IMG/VR virus record: IMGVR_UViG_2716884207_000004
Span: 1,808 to 65,807 of that record
DNA length: 64,000 bases
Direction: 5' to 3' (one strand)
From: a virus
Lineage: Duplodnaviria > Caudoviricetes
Shown here: positions 28,376-37,148 of the stretch, one piece after another
How positions within the stretch are numbered: position 1 is the stretch's first letter
How the letters are laid out: each line of letters starts with the position of its first letter
Made by a program: the position numbers and the translations under genes
Notes under the pieces: model-generated
What the model saw: the letters and a program-made list of their open reading frames with translations, nothing else
Database searches by the model: none
Told to the model about the DNA's origin: nothing

Positions 28376-29182
28376 ATGATTAACGAAACACAAAAACTGA
28401 ATAAGGCGATTTTAGAACGAAACGGAGGCGCAGCCCCACCGACCAAAGCAAAGCTGCACCGTCCGAATCGAGCGAAGCACTTCCAGTATATCACAGCGTT
28501 TATTCTATGCGCAATGTTATCCGCATTCACAGCAGTCACCGCAGTCACCGCGCAAGCCACCGATGTTTACCGCAACTTTGCCGAACTCCAAGCAAACGAA
28601 CCCGAGACGAATTACAACATATTCGCGACCGATCACGCCACACCCGTTTTGATACTCGCGCCACACGGCGGCAGTATTGAAGGCGGAACTAGCGAACTTG
28701 CCCGCGAACTCAGCAACGACTATTCAACGTATCTTTTCGAATCGCTTAAGACGCCGAATGGCTTCGACCTCCACATCACGAGCACTCACTTCGACGAACC
28801 GACCGCGCTTGACCTGGTTACGCGCCACCAACGCGTTATATCGCTCCATGGTTATAGCGACAGCGCCGAACACATTATCGTAGGTGGCACCGATCCAATA
28901 CGCGGTCAGGCGTTAGTGGACCGCTTGAATGCTGCCGGCTTTAGCGCCGAACTCGTAGGCGAAGGACATCGATTTGCGGGCGCCAGTGCTGCGAATATAG
29001 CGAATAAGTGCGTAACCGGCGAAAGTCTGCAGCTGGAACTTAGTACCGGTTTGCGGAAAAGCATGTTCGGTACGTTCTCGCTTACTGGACGCGCTGGAAC
29101 CGAAACCGAGACGTTCTATAAATTTACCGGGTTGCTGTCGGCCTTTATTAACGAAAATTATAACGTTGGAGGTAACGAATAA
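28376..29182 (+). CDS. Poly-gamma-glutamate hydrolase (PghP/YoqZ/YmaC family), probably exported
   Basis: APHGGSIEGGTSE, LHITSTHFDEP, SLHGY, QLELS; hydrophobic signal-like segment before the domain. Confidence 0.92.
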   Translation: MINETQKLNKAILERNGGAAPPTKAKLHRPNRAKHFQYITAFILCAMLSAFTAVTAVTAQATDVYRNFAELQANEPETNYNIFATDHATPVLILAPHGGSIEGGTSELARELSNDYSTYLFESLKTPNGFDLHITSTHFDEPTALDLVTRHQRVISLHGYSDSAEHIIVGGTDPIRGQALVDRLNAAGFSAELVGEGHRFAGASAANIANKCVTGESLQLELSTGLRKSMFGTFSLTGRAGTETETFYKFTGLLSAFINENYNVGGNE

Positions 29183-30945
29183 TGATGCGATATACGTTGG
29201 AAGTCGAAAAGTACGGTATTTACTGCGATGGAACTGAGGCGGCCGCAACTACGCAAGGAATCAATCGCGCAATTTTCGAAGCCGCTGAGGCCGGTTATTC
29301 TGAGGTTTATATACCGAAAGGTAAATATCTTATAGACGCAGTAAATCGACTTTCTGTTAAGCCGGAAGAAGGAGCCGGGATACGTGTGCCATCGTGCATA
29401 ACTCTAATATTGCATCCAAAAGCAGAATTCATCGTTGAGTCAAATAGTTCTTACGGTTATTCATGCATCTATATTGGAGAGGTCAAGGATGTAACGATAA
29501 AAGGCGGCAAGATCCGAGGCGAGCGTTATCAGCACGATTTTACCGGTCACGGCGACCTCGAAAAGAGGAAAACGCACGAATGGGGTTACGGCATAAACGT
29601 ACATGGCTCGAAAAACGTCGTAATTGAAGGCGTTGATATTGCGGACTTTACTGGCGACTGTATTATGGTTAACGCGCAAGGAATGCTTAACGTTTCCTGG
29701 ACGACTTACCGCCCCGCTCGCAATATAACGATTAAAAACTGCAAGTTAGACGGAGCACGCCGTAATAACATATCGGTTACAGGCGGCGAGGACGTTAAGA
29801 TTCATGATAACGAAATTACCAACGCGGGCATAAACGATGGCTGTATGCCAATGTTGGGCATTGACATCGAAGGATATGGTGAAGGCGACATTGATTACGA
29901 AGAGCCACGCAACGTCAAAATAACGAATAATACTTTCGTAGGCAACGTGGCACAGTCGGTGTGTAACTTCAGCGGTTATGAGGTCGTTATATCCGAAAAC
30001 CATTCGGACAATACGATCTCTTACGGATATGGAACCGATACAAACATCGAAAATAATATATTTGTTCGTAAGGATAAAAAATACACTGCAATTGCGGGGC
30101 TCGGTGTTTCGGCAGGTTTCATAGGAAATAACGCAACCATTTCCGGTAATACAATAAAAGGCTTCAGCAGTGGTATAGATGTTCGCGGCGGTGACGTTAC
30201 CGTTTCAGACAATACGATTTCAGAATTAAGCGTGGACGGTATTGCCTTAGCCACATTCGAAGCCAAGAACGTTAAATTCTCGGATAATACCGTAAACCAC
30301 TGTCCAGGAAAGCTGTGTTGCGCGCGCAATTCTAGAGATATAACGTTCGAAGGTAACGAATTAAATGACTCGGATATCACCGCGATGGAGATCATCGATT
30401 CTACCAACGTTAAAGCAAAGTCGAATGATATAAAGCGAAGCAAACAAGGCGTCGTAATTACGAGGTCCTCAGCGAAAGTATTCGATAATGACGTCGATCT
30501 TACCGAGTATCCTAACGCTGCGGGATACTCGGTAGCTTTCGATAAAGGCAGTGACGTATTTATTAAAAACACTCACATCCCATCGCCAACAAACATGGCT
30601 ATATACGGAGAAAGCGCTGAAGGTCGAACGGTGCGCATCAAAGACAACGATATAACTGACGCGAAGTGTTTGATACCGATTTACGTTATAGGCGGTAAAA
30701 AACCCGAGATATCAGGAAATGATATAACGTTTAACCGGACGTCTTCCGGTGGTTACGGCATTCAAACGAAGAACACAGACGGCGCGTTAGTAAAGGAAAA
30801 CGTTGTTTATTCCGTTAGTTCTTTCGCGTTGTATAATCCGATAAAGACCTCCGAGTCTATTAATTCGCGAGTTATCGGAAACAAAATATCCGGCAACCTT
30901 TCGCTTAATCAAACGGACATAGAGACGAATAATATTCCAATTTAG
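29182..30945 (+). CDS. Right-handed parallel beta-helix protein (SPbeta YorA-like; possible polysaccharide lyase)
   Basis: Repeated beta-helix rungs; THEWGYGI, RRNNIS, GIDIEG; coupled to pgh as in SPbeta yoqZ-yorA. Confidence 0.8.
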   Translation: MMRYTLEVEKYGIYCDGTEAAATTQGINRAIFEAAEAGYSEVYIPKGKYLIDAVNRLSVKPEEGAGIRVPSCITLILHPKAEFIVESNSSYGYSCIYIGEVKDVTIKGGKIRGERYQHDFTGHGDLEKRKTHEWGYGINVHGSKNVVIEGVDIADFTGDCIMVNAQGMLNVSWTTYRPARNITIKNCKLDGARRNNISVTGGEDVKIHDNEITNAGINDGCMPMLGIDIEGYGEGDIDYEEPRNVKITNNTFVGNVAQSVCNFSGYEVVISENHSDNTISYGYGTDTNIENNIFVRKDKKYTAIAGLGVSAGFIGNNATISGNTIKGFSSGIDVRGGDVTVSDNTISELSVDGIALATFEAKNVKFSDNTVNHCPGKLCCARNSRDITFEGNELNDSDITAMEIIDSTNVKAKSNDIKRSKQGVVITRSSAKVFDNDVDLTEYPNAAGYSVAFDKGSDVFIKNTHIPSPTNMAIYGESAEGRTVRIKDNDITDAKCLIPIYVIGGKKPEISGNDITFNRTSSGGYGIQTKNTDGALVKENVVYSVSSFALYNPIKTSESINSRVIGNKISGNLSLNQTDIETNNIPI

Positions 30946-30946
30946 C

Positions 30947-30975
30947 TTGACTTTACCTATACGCTAGCGTATAAT
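30947..30975 (+). promoter_or_regulatory. Second SigA promoter with the same operator TATACGCTAGCGTATA
   Basis: TTGACT-N17-TATAAT; palindrome at 30958-30973. Confidence 0.85.
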
Positions 30976-31003
30976 TTAATTATAGAAAGGAGGGAAAAAC
31001 GAA

Positions 31004-31117
31004 TTAAACGCGGAAACGGTACTAATTATAACGGCGATAGTAAACTTCGTCATTGCGGTAACGAATTTGGCAACCGCCTGCGTTAACGCAAAAAACGCTA
31101 ATCGCAAAAACGACTAG
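31004..31117 (+). CDS. 37-aa hydrophobic micro-peptide without a canonical start (TTA); may be a pseudogene
   Basis: SD AAAGGAGG then frame LNAETVLIITAIVNFVIAVTNLATACVNAKNANRKND*. Confidence 0.45.
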   Translation, partial: LNAETVLIITAIVNFVIAVTNLATACVNAKNANRKND

Positions 31118-31213
31118 CGCCAGAAACGTTGATACGGGGATAGATGTGAGAGTCCTCCCCGTGTCTCCTATAGTACCGTATCAAAAACGAAAACACAAGG
31201 AGGCGAGCGCGCC

Positions 31214-31303
31214 ATGTTAACGGCTTTATCTATCGTAATTACGGCGGCGGCCCTGATCGTTGCAATCGCGGGCCTGGTCGTCGCATTCAAACGGAGGCGA
31301 TAA
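31214..31303 (+). CDS. 29-aa single-TM peptide with basic tail (type I toxin-like)
   Basis: SD AAGGAGG; MLTALSIVITAAALIVAIAGLVVAFKRRR*. Confidence 0.7.
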   Translation: MLTALSIVITAAALIVAIAGLVVAFKRRR

Positions 31304-31307
31304 CGGT

Positions 31308-31511
31308 ATGCAGCAGCTTATGATTCGCAAAATATGGTCGGATACACCGGCACTTACACCGCAGCAGGAAGCGCAGATCCTCGACCTATACGAGCGCCCC
31401 GCCGCCGAATTCGGTCGATGTGGGCGCGCTTACCAAATTGGCATCAATTCGATGTTACAATACTTCGGCTATCGGATCGAAAATGAGATCGGAGACGCTA
31501 ACGATGGTTGA
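31308..31511 (+). CDS. Hypothetical protein
   Basis: SD GGAGG before ATG CAG. Confidence 0.65.
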   Translation: MQQLMIRKIWSDTPALTPQQEAQILDLYERPAAEFGRCGRAYQIGINSMLQYFGYRIENEIGDANDG

Positions 31512-31620
31512 ATACGCTTGTAACGAATGTAATTACGCAAGACTTGACGTAAAAATAGAGCCTGACGCGTGCCGCCCTACGTGTGGAGCGCGCCTACAGG
31601 TCGAGGAGGAAATCGTATGA
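31504..31620 (+). CDS. Small zinc-ribbon-like peptide (one Cys apparently lost)
   Basis: CNEC...CRPTC; SD GGAG; overlaps neighbours. Confidence 0.45.
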   Translation: MVEYACNECNYARLDVKIEPDACRPTCGARLQVEEEIV

Positions 31621-32054
31621 AACGTTTATTTAAATCAATCGTAATCACCGCGGCTCTTTTAACGAGTACAATCGCCTTAGCACCGCAAGCAGACGCAGCA
31701 TGGTCGGGCTGGCAGACGGAAAAGTTCGGACATAAAGCGCGTGTATATACGGATGCGACTACGTATACTAGCAGCGCGAAGACGGTCGATTGGAAAGCCG
31801 AAAAGAAAGGCGCGGCCACGCTTTATTATACGGCCGGCGTTTATAAAAAGCGTTCAGGTGGCGGGCTGACTGACACTGGCTTGGTACAGCGCGGAAGCTT
31901 TAAGACCGCAACGCCGCTGAAGTCATTTAGCGTAAAGTCGATCCGTGGTAAAACTGGCTCCGGAAGCTACGTAATCCAGATCGATTGTTATACGGATTCA
32001 GGCAAGCGCCATTATATCGGGACTTTTGAGTCAGCGCGTTTTAACGTGAAATAA
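31617..32054 (+). CDS. Secreted beta-rich protein
   Basis: MKRLFK-hydrophobic-ADA signal peptide; SD GAGGAGG. Confidence 0.8.
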   Translation: MKRLFKSIVITAALLTSTIALAPQADAAWSGWQTEKFGHKARVYTDATTYTSSAKTVDWKAEKKGAATLYYTAGVYKKRSGGGLTDTGLVQRGSFKTATPLKSFSVKSIRGKTGSGSYVIQIDCYTDSGKRHYIGTFESARFNVK

Positions 32055-32233
32055 GCGTGTGTGAGCCGTTTTAAGCTGCGGGGTACCCTAGCGTACCTGA
32101 TCGGCGTTATGGCGACTCTTTCGCTTTGATTTCGTGGGAAATTTGAGGCTGGCGCACAGTTTCGTCGGTTTTTCCGCATACTAACGTGTTATAATTTACC
32201 TATACAACGCGAATAGACACGGAGGTTTAGCGG

Positions 32234-32416
32234 ATGGAGGAAAAGGATTACGAAACAAAGGGATACAATACGACGATAACGTACGAATATAAGGAAATGC
32301 CGGATGTTCGCGCAGGGCGTTGCGATAACTGCGACTATACGTTATTTAAGAGCTCGGTAAAGAACGGAAAGTTTTTGCGCGAATGTAGAAGATGCGGCAT
32401 GAAAAAGAATATATGA
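32234..32416 (+). CDS. Small zinc-ribbon protein
   Basis: CDNC...CRRC; SD GGAGG. Confidence 0.7.
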   Translation: MEEKDYETKGYNTTITYEYKEMPDVRAGRCDNCDYTLFKSSVKNGKFLRECRRCGMKKNI

Positions 32417-32429
32417 GGGGGAAATATTA

Positions 32430-32621
32430 ATGGGAGGTATATGTAAGGCCTGCGGATTTGAGGAGACCGAAAAGGAAAAATTCAGAAGAGTAGTTAATGG
32501 CGGAGCTGTTGAACGTCTAGCAAGCCCTGATAGCTTTTTAACCGAAATCGATATGGAATCTTACTTAGGCATGTGTCCTAAATGCTTTACTGTTCGCGTT
32601 CTAAATGTTGATTCCAATTAA
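32430..32621 (+). CDS. Small zinc-ribbon protein
   Basis: CKAC...CPKC. Confidence 0.65.
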   Translation: MGGICKACGFEETEKEKFRRVVNGGAVERLASPDSFLTEIDMESYLGMCPKCFTVRVLNVDSN

Positions 32622-32625
32622 AGAA

Positions 32626-32656
32626 AAATAAAGACGCCTTAGCGGGCGTCCTTTTT
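32626..32656. terminator. Bidirectional terminator
   Basis: GACGCC-TTAGCG-GGCGTC flanked by A and T runs. Confidence 0.75.
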
Positions 32657-32660
32657 CGTT

Positions 32661-33464
32661 TTATACCTCCTTGACGTTAAACAGCGCGATCAACGTTTTG
32701 TCCGGCGTCTTAGATTGTCGATAGAAAACGTTAGGGTTAAACGTAAATCGCTCCGGCTCTGTACCAACTTTAATGCGCGCGACAACGTACTCACCGTCAA
32801 ACTTCATCTGCTTAAGGCGGCGACCTAGTGTGTCCGACGTTACTCCGATAGCTTCCGCAAGCTCTTTCTTATTAAACCACCGGATGCGTTTCGGATTCTT
32901 TTCGAAAGGATTTTCGCAAAGTGCATTCGTCTCGAAATGTATGAACGGCAACATGCGATAAATAAGACCGATGTCCGTCGCCTTCACTTCGCTATATACG
33001 CGTTTAATTTTCGCAGTATACAGCTTAACAACGTATTGGCTACCGAAGTTGCCTTTAAAGTGGTAGTGCTCGTTTACGCTGTAACCATCGTTGGTCTCTC
33101 GGATAATGTCACGTTCAATGCATGCGGATAAGAAATCATAGAAGGTCATTCGTTTCTTGCCGAGCTGTAATACGTCCATCATATCCGTAGTTGACATAGG
33201 CGTTTTATTTCGGCTCGATTTAACGAGAACACCGTTATAGTCAACGTAACACTGAAGAAGCATTAAATAACCGCACTGTGCCGTTGTAAGAGCGTTATAG
33301 ACTTCGTGAATATTAGACATATTCGCGTTAGAGAAGTCGCGTCGATCGGCCGTCTTTTCTTGTTGCTGGCGGAAGGCTTCGTCTTGGTTTCGGTGACGCA
33401 GCGTATAGCTTTCTGATAGATCCTCGCCGGTTTCTGTGTTCACAACTCGTAATCTTCTACTCAT
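32661..33464 (-). CDS. RepL-like replication protein (two winged-helix-like halves)
   Basis: VVNTETGE start; YSVNEHYHFKG and FTFNPNVFYR motifs; HTH KELAEAIGV. Confidence 0.6.
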   Translation of the reverse strand: MSRRLRVVNTETGEDLSESYTLRHRNQDEAFRQQQEKTADRRDFSNANMSNIHEVYNALTTAQCGYLMLLQCYVDYNGVLVKSSRNKTPMSTTDMMDVLQLGKKRMTFYDFLSACIERDIIRETNDGYSVNEHYHFKGNFGSQYVVKLYTAKIKRVYSEVKATDIGLIYRMLPFIHFETNALCENPFEKNPKRIRWFNKKELAEAIGVTSDTLGRRLKQMKFDGEYVVARIKVGTEPERFTFNPNVFYRQSKTPDKTLIALFNVKEV

Positions 33465-33528
33465 ATAAACGTCCCCTTTTCGATAAAATAAAAAGCGCTG
33501 TATAAGCGCTCTCATAACGTATAGACAA

Positions 33529-34017
33529 CTAGTGGTAGGTTTTTTCGCCTGTAGCGATATTTACGGTGAATTGCCCTGGCGTCTTTCCGTTAACAAACGC
33601 GGAGTAACATTTCCTGCGCTCTAAATTTCGAGCCTTGGCACGCTTATCGAGTAGTTTATTTTCGTAATTGGATCGTGTTCTGCGGATTGGTAGACCTTTG
33701 TACGCACCGTTTTGGTCGTACTCTTCCGCCAACTTATCGGAGGCTTCTCGTTTATAACGCTCCTCCAACTGTGTCTCGCTCATAATCGGGTATTCATTTC
33801 GCGTAACTTTATCCGGGTGTGAATCGGAAAGCTCCTCGTAAATTATGAGATTAGCCAATCGGTCAAGCGCGGTAACGTCCGGCTGTTCTCCGGTAGAGTC
33901 ATAATAAGCGTTTACTAACGCCATAGTTTCTTTGATACGTTCCTGGCGCGCCAGCTTTCCGGCCTTAGTACGTTGGTACATTTCCTTAATTGTTTCGTGC
34001 AGCAAAGGTTTATCCAT
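33529..34017 (-). CDS. Phage protein coupled to sigma-70 region 4 gene
   Basis: SD GGAGG; start overlaps upstream stop. Confidence 0.7.
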   Translation of the reverse strand: MDKPLLHETIKEMYQRTKAGKLARQERIKETMALVNAYYDSTGEQPDVTALDRLANLIIYEELSDSHPDKVTRNEYPIMSETQLEERYKREASDKLAEEYDQNGAYKGLPIRRTRSNYENKLLDKRAKARNLERRKCYSAFVNGKTPGQFTVNIATGEKTYH

Positions 34018-34399
34018 TGATTCGCCCTCCCGTCGTATACCCTTCGTTATGACTCGCCCAGTAGTAGTAAATGTCCGCAACCTTTTCGGCAGACCTCGAT
34101 ATATAAGCCTCTACATTTTGTTTAGCGATGCCCATCCGTTCGCCCGCCTCTGCTTGCGTTAGTTCTCCGAAGTAAACGAGCTCGATCGCCTGACGCTGGC
34201 GGTCCGTTAGATTCGCTAATTCGATCGCCTTGTGAATATCGATAAGAATCGTCGCCGCGTCGTAATCTCCGCATCGCTTGCGGCTGACGAACTTCTGATA
34301 ATCGGCGAGTAATAGTTTCACGCCTTCTGCGTTATCGAGCGCATAAGTTGCGTCGAATTCGCGTTCCTTTCGGTGTAGATCAACTTTTACTGAACCGAT
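34010..34399 (-). CDS. Sigma-70 region 4 protein (late regulator); start re-called at ATC 34399
   Basis: LTDRQRQAIELVYFGELTQAEAGERMGI; AAAGGGG-N9-ATC GGT TCA in frame. Confidence 0.8.
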   Translation of the reverse strand: MGSVKVDLHRKEREFDATYALDNAEGVKLLLADYQKFVSRKRCGDYDAATILIDIHKAIELANLTDRQRQAIELVYFGELTQAEAGERMGIAKQNVEAYISRSAEKVADIYYYWASHNEGYTTGGRING

Positions 34400-34478
34400 G
34401 TTAACCGTCCCCTTTCGTTGACTCCTTCGTTAATTTCGTTTATGATTAACGTAAACGCTTCCGAAAGGAGTTTCGTTT

Positions 34479-34874
34479 ATGGTTCTTACGTGGATATCTA
34501 ACGACTTTGAGCGCAACCTCAAAGCGTACATAACTATCGAAAAGCAGCGCCGCCTGTTCATCTCGGCAGGAGCGCGTCGTATTATCGGATTACCTACGGA
34601 CGGTCCGTTTTATTTGACGGTCGCCTATGACGCGGATGAAAAGCGTATCGTAGTCGGCAAGCCCGAGTTAATAAACCAACCGGACGTCAAGCCGTTCAAG
34701 TTCGATAAGCGCGGCAACGTGTCGGCCATTCCGTTCTTGCGTAAGGTCGGCATTGATTTTGATAGCCTACCGCAGCGCTATTATTTGATCGGCGATGGCG
34801 AGGCGTCCAAGCAACCGTATTTAGCGTATCCTTCACATACATACGCGTTTCAGTTAGACGCCGACGCCAATTGA
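34479..34874 (+). CDS. Counter-oriented hypothetical protein with own SigA promoter (AbrB-like N-terminus possible)
   Basis: TTGACT-N17-TATGAT at 34418-34446; SD AAGGAG; YITIEKQRRLFIS. Confidence 0.75.
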   Translation: MVLTWISNDFERNLKAYITIEKQRRLFISAGARRIIGLPTDGPFYLTVAYDADEKRIVVGKPELINQPDVKPFKFDKRGNVSAIPFLRKVGIDFDSLPQRYYLIGDGEASKQPYLAYPSHTYAFQLDADAN

Positions 34875-35797
34875 TCCGCAAGCGCCCTTCCGATATACCA
34901 CGCAACGCGCGAAGCAATTCCGTTACCGACAATCCGATATTGCGCCGATAAAGAAATATCGTCTGGCAGGACGTAAGTATCTGGCGCAGATTGGATTCGG
35001 AGACATTCGCGAACGGTGAAACGGCGCGGCGCTTCCGTTGGGTGGATCGGCTGTCCGCTGTTGTGGTGTGCTGGAATCGTATTAGACGGCTTATCTAGCG
35101 ATTGCACGCGATTGGCTTGATCGTATGTGTATTCGCTTTTTGGCGTCCAATATTTTCCGCAGTCTTGACGTTCGGGTTCCGGTAAATCGCCGATAACATC
35201 CCGCAATACTCGCGTCCGATAATCGCCTTCTAACGGCTTCGGAAACTCGAAAGTAAAGCCGAGGTCTTTCCGTACACCGACGATAAACACCCGCTCGCGC
35301 TTCTGTGCTACACCGTAATGCCACGCATTTATAACCTGCCAACTAATCTCGTAACCTATTTCGTTAAATTTCTCGATAAGCGCATCAAATGTAGGACGGT
35401 GGCGCTTCGTTATCAACCCTTTTACGTTTTCAAACACGAAGGCTTTCGGCTGCTTTGCCGCAATGATTTCGAGGTAGCGCCATACTAATTTTCCGCGTTC
35501 TCCGTCAGCGCCGGCGCCTTTGCCTGCGACCGAGAAGTCCTGACACGGAGGGCCTCCGAATATAACGTCTGTGTTCGGTAAACTATCGATATCTACTGCG
35601 TTAATATCCGCCTGTTCAACGTGATCGCCGAAATTATGGCGGTAGGCTTTAACGGCATTCTTATCGAAGTCCAGCGCCTTTACAATATCGTATCCAGCCG
35701 CTTTAAAGCCGATTGCTCCAAGTCCGCCTCCGCAAAAAAGTTCCAGTACCGTAAGTCCGGTTGCCGGCTGTTGCGGCGTTAAGTTAAACTCCGTCAT
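34850..35797 (-). CDS. Orphan DNA (cytosine-5) methyltransferase
   Basis: LFCGGG, GGPPCQDFS, ENVKG, QKRERVF, RRFTVREC, YRIVGN. Confidence 0.95.
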   Translation of the reverse strand: MTEFNLTPQQPATGLTVLELFCGGGLGAIGFKAAGYDIVKALDFDKNAVKAYRHNFGDHVEQADINAVDIDSLPNTDVIFGGPPCQDFSVAGKGAGADGERGKLVWRYLEIIAAKQPKAFVFENVKGLITKRHRPTFDALIEKFNEIGYEISWQVINAWHYGVAQKRERVFIVGVRKDLGFTFEFPKPLEGDYRTRVLRDVIGDLPEPERQDCGKYWTPKSEYTYDQANRVQSLDKPSNTIPAHHNSGQPIHPTEAPRRFTVRECLRIQSAPDTYVLPDDISLSAQYRIVGNGIASRVAWYIGRALADQLASASN

Positions 35798-36360
35798 AGT
35801 ATCGCCTCCATCAACGCATCCAGTTTCGCGTATAATTCATCGATCGTACCGTCGTTTGTAATTTCGTAATCAACTTCGAAATCCAGCAGCGCAAGCTCGG
35901 TCGGATGCTTCAACGCGACCAAGTCGAAATCATCGCCGGCTTTTCTTGCGCGTTCAATCCGTAGTTCCTCCGGCGCCATGATGCGTATTAGCGTAAACCC
36001 TTCGGCGCGCAGTCGAGCGTATTCGTTTGGCTGTCGGCAATCTTCGACCAACACGCGGTTTTTGAGCATTGGCGCTAGGCCGCAATCACAGTCGCAGGCA
36101 TATCGCGCCAGGTAAGCGTCGACTTTCGTCATGGTGGCGTTAACCCAAACGTCTTCGCCGAAAGCTTCTCGCGCCCACTGTCCGAACTTTTGATAATGCG
36201 CGCGTGGCTTCGGCTTTTCGGGCACGGACGGGAAAGCCCGATGAAAGGCGGCTTTGAGTTCGTCGCCGAATGCGAACGGATGGAAATCGTAATGCAGCGC
36301 CAAGTACCCGGCGGCTTCCGACTTGCCTGCGCGTAACGGTGCGGTTAGGGCGATCTTCAT
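35794..36360 (-). CDS. Deoxynucleoside monophosphate kinase-like
   Basis: P-loop APLRAGKS, DCRQPNE, HPTE, ITNDGT. Confidence 0.8.
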   Translation of the reverse strand: MKIALTAPLRAGKSEAAGYLALHYDFHPFAFGDELKAAFHRAFPSVPEKPKPRAHYQKFGQWAREAFGEDVWVNATMTKVDAYLARYACDCDCGLAPMLKNRVLVEDCRQPNEYARLRAEGFTLIRIMAPEELRIERARKAGDDFDLVALKHPTELALLDFEVDYEITNDGTIDELYAKLDALMEAIL

Positions 36361-37133
36361 GGGCGCATCAACAACCTTTCGATAATTGCCGCCAATTCGT
36401 CCGCGGTAAATAACTTTTCGCCTTTAACTCCGGTCGCACTTTCCTTTAACCGTTCCAATTCCTCGCCGAGCGTCCGATTGTCTTTGTGCAGCGTGTCGAT
36501 TTCGTCTTTTAGCGCTAAGTACCTGCGAGTGTTTTCGGATCGGATTTTCATGTCCTCGTCCAAAGCCGCATGTAGTTTTTTATTCTCGCGCTCTAAGTCC
36601 GCAACACGCGCTGCCAGATTAGATACGACGTCGATTAGGTCGGCTGGCTGTGGTTCGTCGGCTTCGGCTGATTCTACCGGGACGAGTACGCGATAATTAG
36701 TTTTCACGACAATCCCAACGCCCCATTCACCAACGCTATCGTCAACGAAGACATCGGTCACGGTTAGGACTTTTCCGACTGGCAATCGACCTAATTGCGT
36801 TTGAGTAGTAAGAATCTTCTCGCCCACTTCCGCCTTGCGCTCGGTTAATTCGTAGCGCCCACCGTCAATGTGTACGATGTCGGTCGGTTCGAGTACGCGG
36901 TATGCTCCGTGGAGGATATACCACGATTCGTCCTCGTATTTACTTTCGAATTCGACTTCAGCATCGTCAATATCAACGTCAATAACCTTTCCGTATTCCT
37001 TTTCTGAATAGTACGGACAGTTTCCGAAAATAGATACGATCTTCTCGATGACCTCCGCCTTCCGATCGACCTCTACGTATTCTCGCTTGATGCCGCCAAG
37101 TGTTTCGTCAGCCAGTACGTGGATTTTCGTCAT
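36357..37133 (-). CDS. Hypothetical protein with tandem RKAEV(G)EKI modules and coiled coil
   Basis: Internal repeat visible in translation. Confidence 0.7.
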   Translation of the reverse strand: MTKIHVLADETLGGIKREYVEVDRKAEVIEKIVSIFGNCPYYSEKEYGKVIDVDIDDAEVEFESKYEDESWYILHGAYRVLEPTDIVHIDGGRYELTERKAEVGEKILTTQTQLGRLPVGKVLTVTDVFVDDSVGEWGVGIVVKTNYRVLVPVESAEADEPQPADLIDVVSNLAARVADLERENKKLHAALDEDMKIRSENTRRYLALKDEIDTLHKDNRTLGEELERLKESATGVKGEKLFTADELAAIIERLLMRP

Positions 37134-37148
37134 TTATTCCGCCTCCCA

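Noticed and set aside
34850-35797. Restriction-modification system
   Set aside because: No adjacent recognisable restriction enzyme; orphan MTases are common in Bacillus phages
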